Source: Haloferax volcanii DS2
Lineage (GTDB): Archaea > Halobacteriota > Halobacteria > Halobacteriales > Haloferacaceae
Reading direction: 5' to 3'
DNA: 32,000 bases
Assembly: GCF_000025685.1 (NCBI RefSeq)
Contig: NC_013967.1
Coordinates: 180,001 to 212,000 of the forward strand
Under the pieces are notes generated by a model that was given only the letters and a program-made list of their open reading frames with translations, made no database searches and was not told the origin of the DNA. The position numbers and the translations under genes are program-made. How positions within the stretch are numbered: position 1 is the first letter of the stretch; every line of letters begins with the position of its first letter. Of the stretch, positions 10,112-18,708 are shown piece by piece.

Positions 10112-11275
10112 ATGCTCGATTATCTGGAATTGGAGGGCGACCTGACCGGCGAAGAGAAACTCGTCCGCGACGAGGCCCGCCGCTTCGTCGACGAGCAGGT
10201 CAAACCCGACATCGGCGAGCACTACGAGGCGGGGACGTTCCCGACCGACCTCATCCCGAAGATGGGCGACCTCGGCTTTTACGCGCCCAACCTCGACGGC
10301 TACGGCCTCCCCGGTCTCGGCGAGCGCGCCTACGGCCTCTTGATGCAGGAACTCGAAGCCGGCGACTCCGGCCTCCGGTCGATGGCGAGCGTGCAGGGGT
10401 CGCTCGTCATCTACCCTATCCACGCCTACGGCTCCGACGAGCAGAAACAGCGGTGGCTTCCGAAACTCGGGTCGGGCGAGGCGGTCGGCTGTTTCGGCCT
10501 GACTGAACCGCAACACGGCTCGGACCCGTCGGGGATGGAAACCCGCGCCGAGCGCGACGCCGACGGCTACGTCCTCAACGGCTCGAAGACGTGGATTACG
10601 AACTCGCCCATCGCGGACGTGGCGGTCGTCTGGGCGCGCGACGTGTCGGCGGAGGGGTCGCCGGTCCGCGGGTTCCTCGTCGAGACCGACCGCGACGGCG
10701 TGACGACGAACAAAATCGAGGGCAAACTCTCGATGCGCGCGTCGGTCACGGGCGAAATCGGCCTCGACGACGTGCGCGTGCCCGAGGAAGACGTGCTCCC
10801 GGGCGTCGAGGGGATGAACGGGCCGCTGTCGTGTCTCACGCAGGCGCGGTTCGGCATCGCGTGGGGCGTCGTCGGCGCGGCGCGCGACGCCTTCGAGGAC
10901 GCCCGTCAGTACGCGAAGGACCGCGACCAGTTCGGCGGCCCCATCGCGCGGTTCCAACTCCAGCAGGGCAAACTCGCGGAGATGGCGACCCAAATCACGA
11001 ACGCGCAACTGATGGCCCACCGCCTCACCGACTTGAAAGAGCGCGGCGACCTGCGACACCAGCAGGTGTCGATGGCGAAGCGCCACAACGTCCGCGTCGC
11101 CCGCGAGGTGACCCGAACCGCCCGCGAGATGCTCGGCGGCAACGGCATCACGACCGACTACTCGCCGATGCGCCACATGGAGAACATCGAGACCGTCTAC
11201 ACCTACGAGGGGACCGACGACATCCACACGCTCGTCCTCGGCGCGGACCTGACGGGAATCGAAGCATTCCACTAG
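10112..11275 (+). CDS. Acyl-CoA dehydrogenase (glutaryl-CoA dehydrogenase-like), 387 aa
   Basis: The protein has GCFGLTEPQHGSDPSGMETRAE, GSKTWITNSPIADVAVVWA, RFGIAWGVVGAA, QFGGPIARFQLQQ and a C-terminal YEGTDDIHTLVLG. These are the ACAD N, middle and C domain signatures. Confidence 0.9.
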   Translation: MLDYLELEGDLTGEEKLVRDEARRFVDEQVKPDIGEHYEAGTFPTDLIPKMGDLGFYAPNLDGYGLPGLGERAYGLLMQELEAGDSGLRSMASVQGSLVIYPIHAYGSDEQKQRWLPKLGSGEAVGCFGLTEPQHGSDPSGMETRAERDADGYVLNGSKTWITNSPIADVAVVWARDVSAEGSPVRGFLVETDRDGVTTNKIEGKLSMRASVTGEIGLDDVRVPEEDVLPGVEGMNGPLSCLTQARFGIAWGVVGAARDAFEDARQYAKDRDQFGGPIARFQLQQGKLAEMATQITNAQLMAHRLTDLKERGDLRHQQVSMAKRHNVRVAREVTRTAREMLGGNGITTDYSPMRHMENIETVYTYEGTDDIHTLVLGADLTGIEAFH

Positions 11276-11340
11276 GGCTCGGGAGCGGACGCCCCCGTGG
11301 CTTTCGCTGTTGTGCGTGTCTCATGACAACAGTACACATA

Positions 11341-11350
11341 CATTTATATC
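11341..11350 (+). promoter_or_regulatory. TATA box (caTTTATAtc) upstream of the 96-aa CDS
   Basis: A strong TTTATA element 34-43 bp upstream of the ATG at 11384, within the only AT-rich patch of this spacer. Confidence 0.55.
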
Positions 11351-11383
11351 TTCCCGCCCATAGGTTACGATAGAGGCCCCACA

Positions 11384-12200
<817 letters not shown>

Positions 12201-12244
12201 CGCGAAGACCAGACGTTATCTCTCCCCGCCGCGTCGCGTCGGCC

Positions 12245-12619
12245 ATGGGTCTCATCCACACCGCCCTCGTCGTCTCGGACATCGACGCCACGCTCGATTT
12301 CTACGCCGACCTCGGCCTCGAACGGACCAACGAGTTCGAACTCGACGGCGTCCGGAACGTCTACGTCGGCAGCGACGACACCGACATGGAACTGCAGTTC
12401 AAGTACGACCCGACCTCGGCGGCGCGCGTCGAACCCGCCGGCATCGACCACGTCGCGGTCGAAGTCGCCGACGCCGACCGCGCCTTCGAGGACATCGTCG
12501 AGGCGCAGTCGCCCGACATCGTGAAACCGCCGGTGGACATCGACCCGGTGAACGCCCGCGCGGCGTTCGTGAAGGACCCCGACGGCTACGTCGTCGAACT
12601 CGTCTCCATCGAAGACTGA
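12245..12619 (+). CDS. VOC family protein (glyoxalase I / lactoylglutathione lyase-like), 124 aa
   Basis: ATG at 12245. The protein has MGLIHTALVVSDIDATLDFYADLGL...GIDHVAVEV...FVKDPDGYVVELV, which are typical paired beta-alpha-beta-beta-beta VOC motifs with metal ligands H, E, H, E. Confidence 0.8.
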   Translation: MGLIHTALVVSDIDATLDFYADLGLERTNEFELDGVRNVYVGSDDTDMELQFKYDPTSAARVEPAGIDHVAVEVADADRAFEDIVEAQSPDIVKPPVDIDPVNARAAFVKDPDGYVVELVSIED

Positions 12620-12741
12620 ACTCACCCGCGGTACCGACTCGCCTCGGCCGCTGATTTTCGCCGACGCCGACGCTTCACTCACCCGACGGGCTCGCCGCGG
12701 CGAACAGGTATTTGTTGCCAGAGCGTCAATACGAAGTCGCT

Positions 12742-13194
12742 ATGTCTGAGGACGTAACCGCGCTGTTGAAGCGCGCCTATCAGGACGAGATCGAGACCGT
12801 GATGAACTACATGACCAACTCCATCGTCCTCGACGGCGTCCGGGCCGAGGAGATTAAGGAGTCCCTCCAGACCGACATTCAGGAGGAACTCACCCACGCC
12901 GAACAGCTCGGGAACCGGCTGAAGCAGCTCGACGAGCAGCCGCCGGGCTCGGCGTCATTCGAGGCGCGCCAGCACGACCTCCAGCCCCCGGAGGACAGCA
13001 CGGACGTGCTCGCCGTCATCAACGGCGTCCTCACGGCCGAGGAGGACGCCATCGAGACCTACCGCGCGCTCATCGACGCCGCGGAGGAGGCAAACGACCC
13101 CGTCACCGAGGACCTCGCCGTGACCATCCTCGCCGACGAGGAGGCCCACCGGACCGAGTTCCGCGGTTTCAAGAAAGAGTACGACCGCGAATAG
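12742..13194 (+). CDS. Ferritin-like (bacterioferritin/Dps/rubrerythrin-type di-iron four-helix bundle) protein, 150 aa
   Basis: ATG at 12742. There are two ExxH motifs (QEELTHAEQL and DEEAHRTEF) plus partner Glu residues (YQDEIETV, TAEEDAIETY). Confidence 0.7.
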   Translation: MSEDVTALLKRAYQDEIETVMNYMTNSIVLDGVRAEEIKESLQTDIQEELTHAEQLGNRLKQLDEQPPGSASFEARQHDLQPPEDSTDVLAVINGVLTAEEDAIETYRALIDAAEEANDPVTEDLAVTILADEEAHRTEFRGFKKEYDRE

Positions 13195-13259
13195 GTCCTC
13201 CGAGCACCGAGCGCCGACCGACGGGCGACTGCACGAGGGTTCGATCGCGCTCCGTATTC

Positions 13260-13327
13260 ACTACTTTTCGAAAAATGTGTCATTATCGACCCGTATCTAA
13301 CAAATTATCATCTGTCACAAAAGTAGT
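13260..13327. promoter_or_regulatory. 9-bp inverted repeat ACTACTTTT (13260-13268) / AAAAGTAGT (13319-13327), with flanking TTCGAAA and ATTATC direct repeats, in the AT-rich leader of the LDH-like gene
   Basis: Read directly from the sequence. TTCGAAA lies at 13267-13273 and 13339-13345. ATTATC lies at 13282-13287 and 13304-13309. Confidence 0.45.
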
Positions 13328-13351
13328 ATTCCCAGTTCTTCGAAACAGGGG

Positions 13352-13360
13352 TTTATTTTA
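13352..13360 (+). promoter_or_regulatory. TATA box (TTTATTTTA) for the LDH-like gene, about 30 bp upstream of the ATG
   Basis: The position and composition fit a leaderless transcript starting at or near 13386. Confidence 0.55.
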
Positions 13361-13385
13361 TCAATCCGTCGCTCTAACGACCGGT

Positions 13386-14348
13386 ATGAGCACTGAACGC
13401 GGCAAAGGTACGGTCGCGGTGGTCGGCGGCGCCGGCGCAGTCGGGTCGAGCACGGCGTTCGCGCTGATGGAGAGCAGTCTCGTGGGCGAAATCATCCTCG
13501 TCGATATCGCCGAAGAGCGCGTCGAGGGCGAGGCGATGGACCTCAACCACGGCGCGTACTTCACGTCGCCGGTCCGGGTGCGGACGGGCGACTACGAGGA
13601 CTGCTGGGACGCCGACGTGGTCATCGTCACCGCCGGAGCCAGCCAGAAGCCCGACGAGACCCGCCTCGACCTGATGGAGCGGAACGCCGACATCTTCGCC
13701 GACATGATTCCGCAGATTACCGAGGGGCTGAACGACGACGCCGTGATGCTCATCGTCACCAACCCCGTCGACGTGCTGTCGTACGTCACGTGGAAGGTGT
13801 CGGACCTGCCGGCCGAGCGCGTCATCGGGTCGGGGACCGTCCTCGACACGTCGCGGTTCCGCCACTCGCTCAGCCGCGAGTTCGACCTCGACCCGGCGAA
13901 CGTCCACGCCTACGTCGTCGGCGAGCACGGCGACAGCGAGGTACTCGTCTGGAGTTCGGCGAACCTCGGCGGCATCCCGTTCGAGTCGTACGCCACCAGC
14001 CACGGCGTCGACGACATCGACGCGCTCAAAGCCCGCGTCGAAGAGGAGGTCCGCGAGGCCGCCTACGAGATTATCGAGCGTAAGGAGCGGACGAACTACG
14101 GCGTCGCCCGCTCGGTGGCCGCGACCACCGAGCGCATCCTCGGCGGCGACAACTCCATCCTCACCGTCTCGACGCTCGTCTCGGGGGAACACGGCATCGA
14201 CGACGTCTACATGAGCCTCCCGTGTACCGTCAACCAAAGCGGCGTCCGCGACGTCCACGAGTTCGACCTCTCGGCGGACGAGACGGCGGCGCTCCGGGAG
14301 TCGGCGGGCGTCATCCGCGAGTCTATCGACCGCTTGGACCTACAGTAA
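13386..14348 (+). CDS. L-lactate/malate dehydrogenase family oxidoreductase, LDH-like (Gln at the substrate-discriminating position), 320 aa
   Basis: ATG at 13386, which gives the Rossmann GxGxxG near the N-terminus (VAVVGGAGAVGSS). The protein has VIVTAGASQKPDETRLDL (Q rather than R, so LDH-like), IVTNPVD, and the catalytic GEHGDS. The upstream ATG at 13275 would add 37 AT-rich codons and is rejected. Confidence 0.85.
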   Translation: MSTERGKGTVAVVGGAGAVGSSTAFALMESSLVGEIILVDIAEERVEGEAMDLNHGAYFTSPVRVRTGDYEDCWDADVVIVTAGASQKPDETRLDLMERNADIFADMIPQITEGLNDDAVMLIVTNPVDVLSYVTWKVSDLPAERVIGSGTVLDTSRFRHSLSREFDLDPANVHAYVVGEHGDSEVLVWSSANLGGIPFESYATSHGVDDIDALKARVEEEVREAAYEIIERKERTNYGVARSVAATTERILGGDNSILTVSTLVSGEHGIDDVYMSLPCTVNQSGVRDVHEFDLSADETAALRESAGVIRESIDRLDLQ

Positions 14349-14366
14349 AATAGCCGCGCCGCCGAC

Positions 14367-16481
14367 TCAGTCGGCAGACGCGGGCGTCGTGTCCGCGCCC
14401 GTCCCCGTCGCGGCGGCCTTCGCGTCGAGCGCCTCCACGACGAGTTCAGAGATGTCCACGACGTCGATGGCTTCCTCGTAGTCACCGGTCTTACGGCCGT
14501 CTTCGTACATCGTCGCGCACATCGGGCAGGCGACGACGAAGCGCTCGACGCCGCCGGTCGTGTCGTCGAGCGCCTCGCGCAGGCGTTCTTCGGACGGCTT
14601 CGACTCCTCATCGTGGTCCATCCAGAGGCCGCCGCCGCCGCCGCCGCAACAGAACGACTGGTCGCGGTTGCGCGGCATCTCGGCGAGTTCGACGCCGGTC
14701 GCGCGGATGACCTCGCGGGGCGCTTCGTACTCGCCGTTGTACCGGCCGAGGTGACACGGGTCGTGGTACGTCACCGTCTGGGCGGCGAGTTCGTCACCCG
14801 CGAGGCCGAGGCGGTCGTCGCCGACGAGGCGCTCGACCAGTTGGGTGTAGTGGTACACCGGGTAGTCGAACGAGTCGTCCATCTCCGGGTACTCGTTTTT
14901 GAACGTGTTGTACGAGTGCGGGTCGGTGCAGACGATTTTGTCGAACTCGCAGTCGGCCATCGCGTCGACGTTGTCCTCGACGAGCATCTCGTAGAGGCCC
15001 TCCTCGCCGACGCGGCGCACGTCGTTGCCGTCGTGCCCTTCGTCCTCGTAGAGGATGCCGTAGGAGACGCCGGCTTCCTCGAAGATCTGGGCCAAAGAGC
15101 GGGCGACGGCGCGGTTACGCTCGTCGTAGGAGGGGTAGTCACCGACGTACCAGAGGAACTCGACCGATTCGTCGCGGGCGTCGGGCACCTCGAAGTCGAG
15201 GTCGTCGGTCCAGTCGGGGCGCTTGCGCTGGGGGTCCCCGAAGGCGTTGCCGTTCTGGAAGATGTTCATCATCGCCTCCTGGACCGGCTCTTGCTGTTGG
15301 CCCGTCTCGGTGAGCCGGCGGTTCATCTCGGTGAAGTGCGTGAGGTGTTCGATATCGACCGGGCAGGCGTCCATGCAGGCCATGCAGGCCATGCAGGACT
15401 CCATCGACTCGGCGTCGACGACGGAGGTGCCGCCGTCCGCGACGATGTCGATGGAGTCGCCGCCGGCGTCGACCGACTCGCGGTAGGCCTTCAGGTCGAG
15501 AATCACGTCCCTCGGGTCGAGGTTGCGGCCGGAGGCCTTCGCCGGGCAGGCGTCGGTACAGCGGCCGCACTTCGTGCAGGCGTCCATGTCGAGCATCGCC
15601 TTCCACGAGAAGTCGTCCTCGGAGACGTAGCCGATTTCGTCCGGCGGCGTGTCCGCGGGCACCTTCGGGAGGCGCGTGCCCGCCTTCTCGTCGGCGGTGA
15701 CGACGTTGGCGAAGGAGGTGAGCATGTGCAGGGGCTTGGCGTAGGGGACGGCCGCGACGAACGCCAAGGCGAGGAGCGCGTGGGACCACCAGCCGAACCA
15801 GTAGAGCGTCTGCGCGAGGCCCTGTCCCATGCCCGCGGCGTCGAACACGAGGGCGACGAAGTAGCCGACGAAGCTCACCGTCTCGAAGTCGGGAAAGTCG
15901 GTGCCGACGATGCGGATGCCTTCGAGGACGTAGCCGCCGACGCCGAGGAAAAAGAGCGTCCAGACGAACGCGGCGTCCTCGAAGCCGGTGTGTTTGCCCC
16001 ACAGCCGCGGGTGTCGGACGCCGTAGCGCCGCCACAGCGCCATCCCGACGCCGACGACGAACAACAGCCCCATGAGGTCCATGACGAACGAGTACGAGAG
16101 GTAGAAGTCGCCGACGAAGAAGGAACTGCCCGTCACCCGCCGCCACACGTCGATGTCGATGGCGAGGATGGTCGTCCCGATGAGGAGCGTCAGGAAGCCC
16201 CACATGATAAAGGCGTGCATCACGCCGGCGAACCGGTCGCGCTTGAACTGCTTCTCGTTGGAGAACACCACTTTCGCCGCCCGAACCGTCCGTCCCGGCA
16301 GGTCGGACAGCCGGTCGAACGGGTCTTCACCACCTTTCGCGTATCGCGCGAACCGCTCGTACACCCCGTAGAGGAACACGAGCGACGCGATGGCGGCGAG
16401 ACCGTAGAAGAGCGCCTCGCCGACCGGACTAATCGTCCAGAACGTCTCCCGCGTAACATCCGCCTGTGCCGCAAAGTCCAT
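14367..16481 (-). CDS. Membrane-bound Fe-S oxidoreductase: NarI/DsrM-like multi-TM domain fused to a 2x[4Fe-4S] ferredoxin domain and two CCG (HdrD/GlpC/GlcF-like) domains, 704 aa
   Basis: ATG at 16479-16481; the track start 16487 is TTG. The N-terminal ~260 aa are hydrophobic helices with conserved His (MHAFIMWGF, WWSHALLALAF...PYAKPLHML). These are followed by CTKCGRCTDACP and CMACMACMDACP, then CCG-type motifs (YHDPCHLGR, SFCCGGGGG, ACPMCATM). Confidence 0.8.
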   Translation of the reverse strand: MDFAAQADVTRETFWTISPVGEALFYGLAAIASLVFLYGVYERFARYAKGGEDPFDRLSDLPGRTVRAAKVVFSNEKQFKRDRFAGVMHAFIMWGFLTLLIGTTILAIDIDVWRRVTGSSFFVGDFYLSYSFVMDLMGLLFVVGVGMALWRRYGVRHPRLWGKHTGFEDAAFVWTLFFLGVGGYVLEGIRIVGTDFPDFETVSFVGYFVALVFDAAGMGQGLAQTLYWFGWWSHALLALAFVAAVPYAKPLHMLTSFANVVTADEKAGTRLPKVPADTPPDEIGYVSEDDFSWKAMLDMDACTKCGRCTDACPAKASGRNLDPRDVILDLKAYRESVDAGGDSIDIVADGGTSVVDAESMESCMACMACMDACPVDIEHLTHFTEMNRRLTETGQQQEPVQEAMMNIFQNGNAFGDPQRKRPDWTDDLDFEVPDARDESVEFLWYVGDYPSYDERNRAVARSLAQIFEEAGVSYGILYEDEGHDGNDVRRVGEEGLYEMLVEDNVDAMADCEFDKIVCTDPHSYNTFKNEYPEMDDSFDYPVYHYTQLVERLVGDDRLGLAGDELAAQTVTYHDPCHLGRYNGEYEAPREVIRATGVELAEMPRNRDQSFCCGGGGGGLWMDHDEESKPSEERLREALDDTTGGVERFVVACPMCATMYEDGRKTGDYEEAIDVVDISELVVEALDAKAAATGTGADTTPASAD

Positions 16482-16505
16482 AATCAATCACCGGAGAACG
16501 GAGGG

Positions 16506-16511
16506 TTAAAT
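16506..16511 (-). promoter_or_regulatory. TATA-like box (minus strand ATTTAA) about 27 bp upstream of the Fe-S oxidoreductase ATG
   Basis: ggTTAAATct on the + strand. It is the only AT-rich element in the 81-bp spacer to ecfT. Confidence 0.45.
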
Positions 16512-16562
16512 CTTGCCACCCGAGGCGTGTCGGTCGGCGGATTACGAGCGCCCCGGGCGACC

Positions 16563-17267
16563 TCAGAGCGCGAGGCTGACGAGGAGCGCGGCGGCGAGGA
16601 CGAGTCCGGGCGCGTCGCGCCGGCCGAACCGAATCTCCGGAAGCGTCGGGTTCCACGCGAAACACCGCGCGCGGAGCGCGAGCGCGAGGGCGTCGGCCCG
16701 CGCGAACGACCGTCGGAGGCCGGCGGCGGCGACGAGCGAGAGCCGTTCGTCCAGCCGTCTTTCGCTCCCGAGGCGGGCCGCCTGCGCCTCGCGGACGCGG
16801 CGCAGGTCGCGGCGGACCAAGGGGAGAAACCGGAAGACGAGGGCGACGCCGACGCCGAGGGCGACGCCGAACCGACCCGGCACGAGCAGCTGAATCGCCG
16901 CGCGGGACTCGCGTACGGGCGTCGTCCTGACGTACGCCGCCGCGACGAAGAAGACGAGTAGCACGCGGACGCTGGCGAGCGCGGGTTCGACGGCCGCCTC
17001 GAGGTCGAACCACGGCGCGCCGAGGCGGGCGGCCTCGACGACCGGGCCGAGCGCGAGGAGCGGAATCGCGTAGCGGAGGTCGCGGAGGGCCGAAACGGGG
17101 GACGCGTCGGCGGCGCGGAGACAGCCCGCGGCGACGACGCCGAGCGCGACGAGTCCGGCGGGCGTCGTGTGCGCGAAGCCGGCCGCCGCGAAGGCGACCT
17201 GCACCGCAAGCTTGGTCCGCGGGTCGAGTCGGTGGGCGAGAGTGTCGCCCGGTTCGTACGTCAGCAC
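16563..17267 (-). CDS. ecfT: ECF transporter transmembrane (T) component, CbiQ/EcfT/BioN family, 234 aa
   Basis: A multi-TM protein with the conserved Arg-rich coupling helices (ARLGSERRL...RRSFARADALALALRARCF). A GTG start overlaps the ecfA stop by 7 nt (GTGCTGA). Confidence 0.8.
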   Translation of the reverse strand: MLTYEPGDTLAHRLDPRTKLAVQVAFAAAGFAHTTPAGLVALGVVAAGCLRAADASPVSALRDLRYAIPLLALGPVVEAARLGAPWFDLEAAVEPALASVRVLLVFFVAAAYVRTTPVRESRAAIQLLVPGRFGVALGVGVALVFRFLPLVRRDLRRVREAQAARLGSERRLDERLSLVAAAGLRRSFARADALALALRARCFAWNPTLPEIRFGRRDAPGLVLAAALLVSLAL

Positions 17268-17962
17268 GGCGGGCGAACGTCGAGGTCGGGGAGGCGGTCT
17301 GCGGCCTCGTCGGGCGCGGCGTCGAGGGCGACGTCGCCGTCGGCGAGGACGACCACGCGGTCGGCCAGTTCGGCCACGTCGCGCAGGTCGTGGGTGACGA
17401 CGACGAGGCTCGTCCCCTCGGCGCGGAGGTCGCGGAGGCGGGCGAGCACGGAGCGCCGGGCGGGTTCGTCGAGGCCGGTGAACGGTTCGTCCAAGACGAG
17501 GTGGTCGGGGCGCATCGCCAGCGCGCCGGCGATGGCGAGTCGCTCGACCTCGCCGCCGGAGAGAGAGTCGACGCGCTCGTCTTCCCGGCCGTCGAGGTTG
17601 ACCGCGGCGAGCGACTCGCGGACGCGGCGGTCGATGTCGCCGCGGTCGAGGCCGAGGTTCTCCGGGCCGAACGCCACGTCAGCGCCGACGGTCGCGGCGA
17701 CGAGTTGGTCTTCGGGGTGCTGGAACACCATCGCCACCGCGGTCCGGGCGGCGACGAGGTGGTCCGAGACGGTCCGGCCGTTGACCGACACCGTTCCCTC
17801 GTCGGGGTCGAGCAGGCCGTTGAAGTGGCGGACGAGCGTGGTCTTGCCGGAGCCGTTCGCGCCCGCGACGACGACGCACTCGCCGTCGTCGATCGCGAGG
17901 TCGACCCCGTTGACCGCGACCGTGTCGCCGTACCGGTGGACGAGTCCCTCGACGCGAATCAT
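17261..17962 (-). CDS. ecfA: ECF/ABC transporter ATP-binding component (CbiO/EcfA/BioM), 233 aa
   Basis: Walker A is GANGSGKTT, the Q-loop is VFQHPEDQ, the signature is LSGGEVERLAIAGAL, Walker B is LVLDEP and the H-loop is VVVTHD. The start abuts the bioY stop. Confidence 0.9.
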   Translation of the reverse strand: MIRVEGLVHRYGDTVAVNGVDLAIDDGECVVVAGANGSGKTTLVRHFNGLLDPDEGTVSVNGRTVSDHLVAARTAVAMVFQHPEDQLVAATVGADVAFGPENLGLDRGDIDRRVRESLAAVNLDGREDERVDSLSGGEVERLAIAGALAMRPDHLVLDEPFTGLDEPARRSVLARLRDLRAEGTSLVVVTHDLRDVAELADRVVVLADGDVALDAAPDEAADRLPDLDVRPPC

Positions 17963-18541
17963 CTACTGGGCGGCGATGGCGTCGGAGCGGACGATGCCGA
18001 CCGCGGCGGCGATTTTGAACGCCTCGGCGGGGATGAACGCGGCGGAGGCCGTCCAGAAGGCGGATTCGAGGCCGACGCGATTGACGTACGCGAAGCCGAG
18101 CGTGCCGAAGGCGTAGACGACGACGGTCCCGGCGACCATCGCGCCGACGAGCCGGGGAGTGCTCACGCGGTAGTCACCGGCGCTGATACCGCCGTGGACG
18201 ACGAGGCCGACGACGACGGCGGCGACGGGGTACGACCAGAGGTAGCCGGCGGTCGGGCCGACGAGCGGCGCGAGCCCTGCCGAGCCCCCGGCGAACACCG
18301 GCGCGCCGAGACCGCCGGCGGCGAGGTAGAGCGCGATTGAGCCGCCGCCCCAGACGGGGCCGAGGAAGATGCCCGCGAGGAAGACGACGAGCACCTGCAT
18401 CGTCACCGGAATCGGTGAGATGGGGTTCGGGAACGAGACGTACCCACTCGCGCCCATGAGCGCCGCGAACAGGGCCGCGCGGGCGATGTTGCCGACGAGT
18501 TCGTCGCCGACGAGTTCGACTGACTCGCGTTCGGTTGCCAT
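17963..18541 (-). CDS. bioY: Biotin transporter substrate-specific (S) component BioY, 192 aa
   Basis: The protein has PISPIPVTMQVLVVFLAGIFLG...GGLGAPVFAGGSAG...GPTAGYLWSY...IPAEAFKIAAA, the BioY family signature. It is the first gene of a bioY-ecfA-ecfT operon. Confidence 0.9.
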   Translation of the reverse strand: MATERESVELVGDELVGNIARAALFAALMGASGYVSFPNPISPIPVTMQVLVVFLAGIFLGPVWGGGSIALYLAAGGLGAPVFAGGSAGLAPLVGPTAGYLWSYPVAAVVVGLVVHGGISAGDYRVSTPRLVGAMVAGTVVVYAFGTLGFAYVNRVGLESAFWTASAAFIPAEAFKIAAAVGIVRSDAIAAQ

Positions 18542-18555
18542 GCTCGTCGCTGTCT

Positions 18556-18585
18556 CGTAAACCCAGTTTAACTTATCGGTTTACA
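18556..18585. promoter_or_regulatory. BirA-type biotin operator: cGTAAACC-N14-GGTTTACA straddling the bioY TATA box
   Basis: CGTAAACC lies at 18556-18563 and GGTTTACA at 18578-18585. That is 15 of 16 matches to the TGTAAACC-N14/15-GGTTTACA BirA signal known from bacterial bio operators. The spacer contains the minus-strand AAGTTAAA, centred about 28 bp upstream of the bioY ATG. Confidence 0.6.
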
Positions 18586-18676
18586 GACTCGGGGCGGGAG
18601 GTCGGTTCGATGCTCGTCGGCCGATTCGGGGGTCTCTCCGGCGCTCGGGCGGCTCTCCGGTTAGTCGGTCAGCATC

Positions 18677-18682
18677 ATTAAA
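18677..18682 (+). promoter_or_regulatory. TATA-like box (ATTAAA) about 30 bp upstream of the 201-aa CDS
   Basis: catcATTAAAgacg in the bioY-divergent spacer. Confidence 0.45.
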
Positions 18683-18708
18683 GACGCTGGGCGTGCCACG
18701 TTCCGGGT

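Noticed and set aside
11307-11332. A hairpin, CTGTTGT-N12-ACAACAG, downstream of the acyl-CoA dehydrogenase gene.
   Set aside because: It is a single 7-bp stem with a 12-nt loop and no adjoining oligo-T. That is too weak to call a terminator or an operator with any confidence.
13275-13385. An upstream ATG at 13275 that would extend the LDH-like protein by 37 residues.
   Set aside because: The extension (MCHYRPVSNKLSSVTKVVFPVLRNRGLFYQSVALTTG) is encoded by AT-rich codons unlike the rest of the gene. It would also displace the Rossmann GxGxxG from its normal N-terminal position, and a TATA box lies inside it.
14613-16961. A 782-aa ORF antisense to the Fe-S oxidoreductase and ecfT genes.
   Set aside because: The reasoning is the same. 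It is a low-complexity V/A/G/R/E/D-rich translation that spans two well-supported minus-strand genes and their intergenic region, with no domain signatures.
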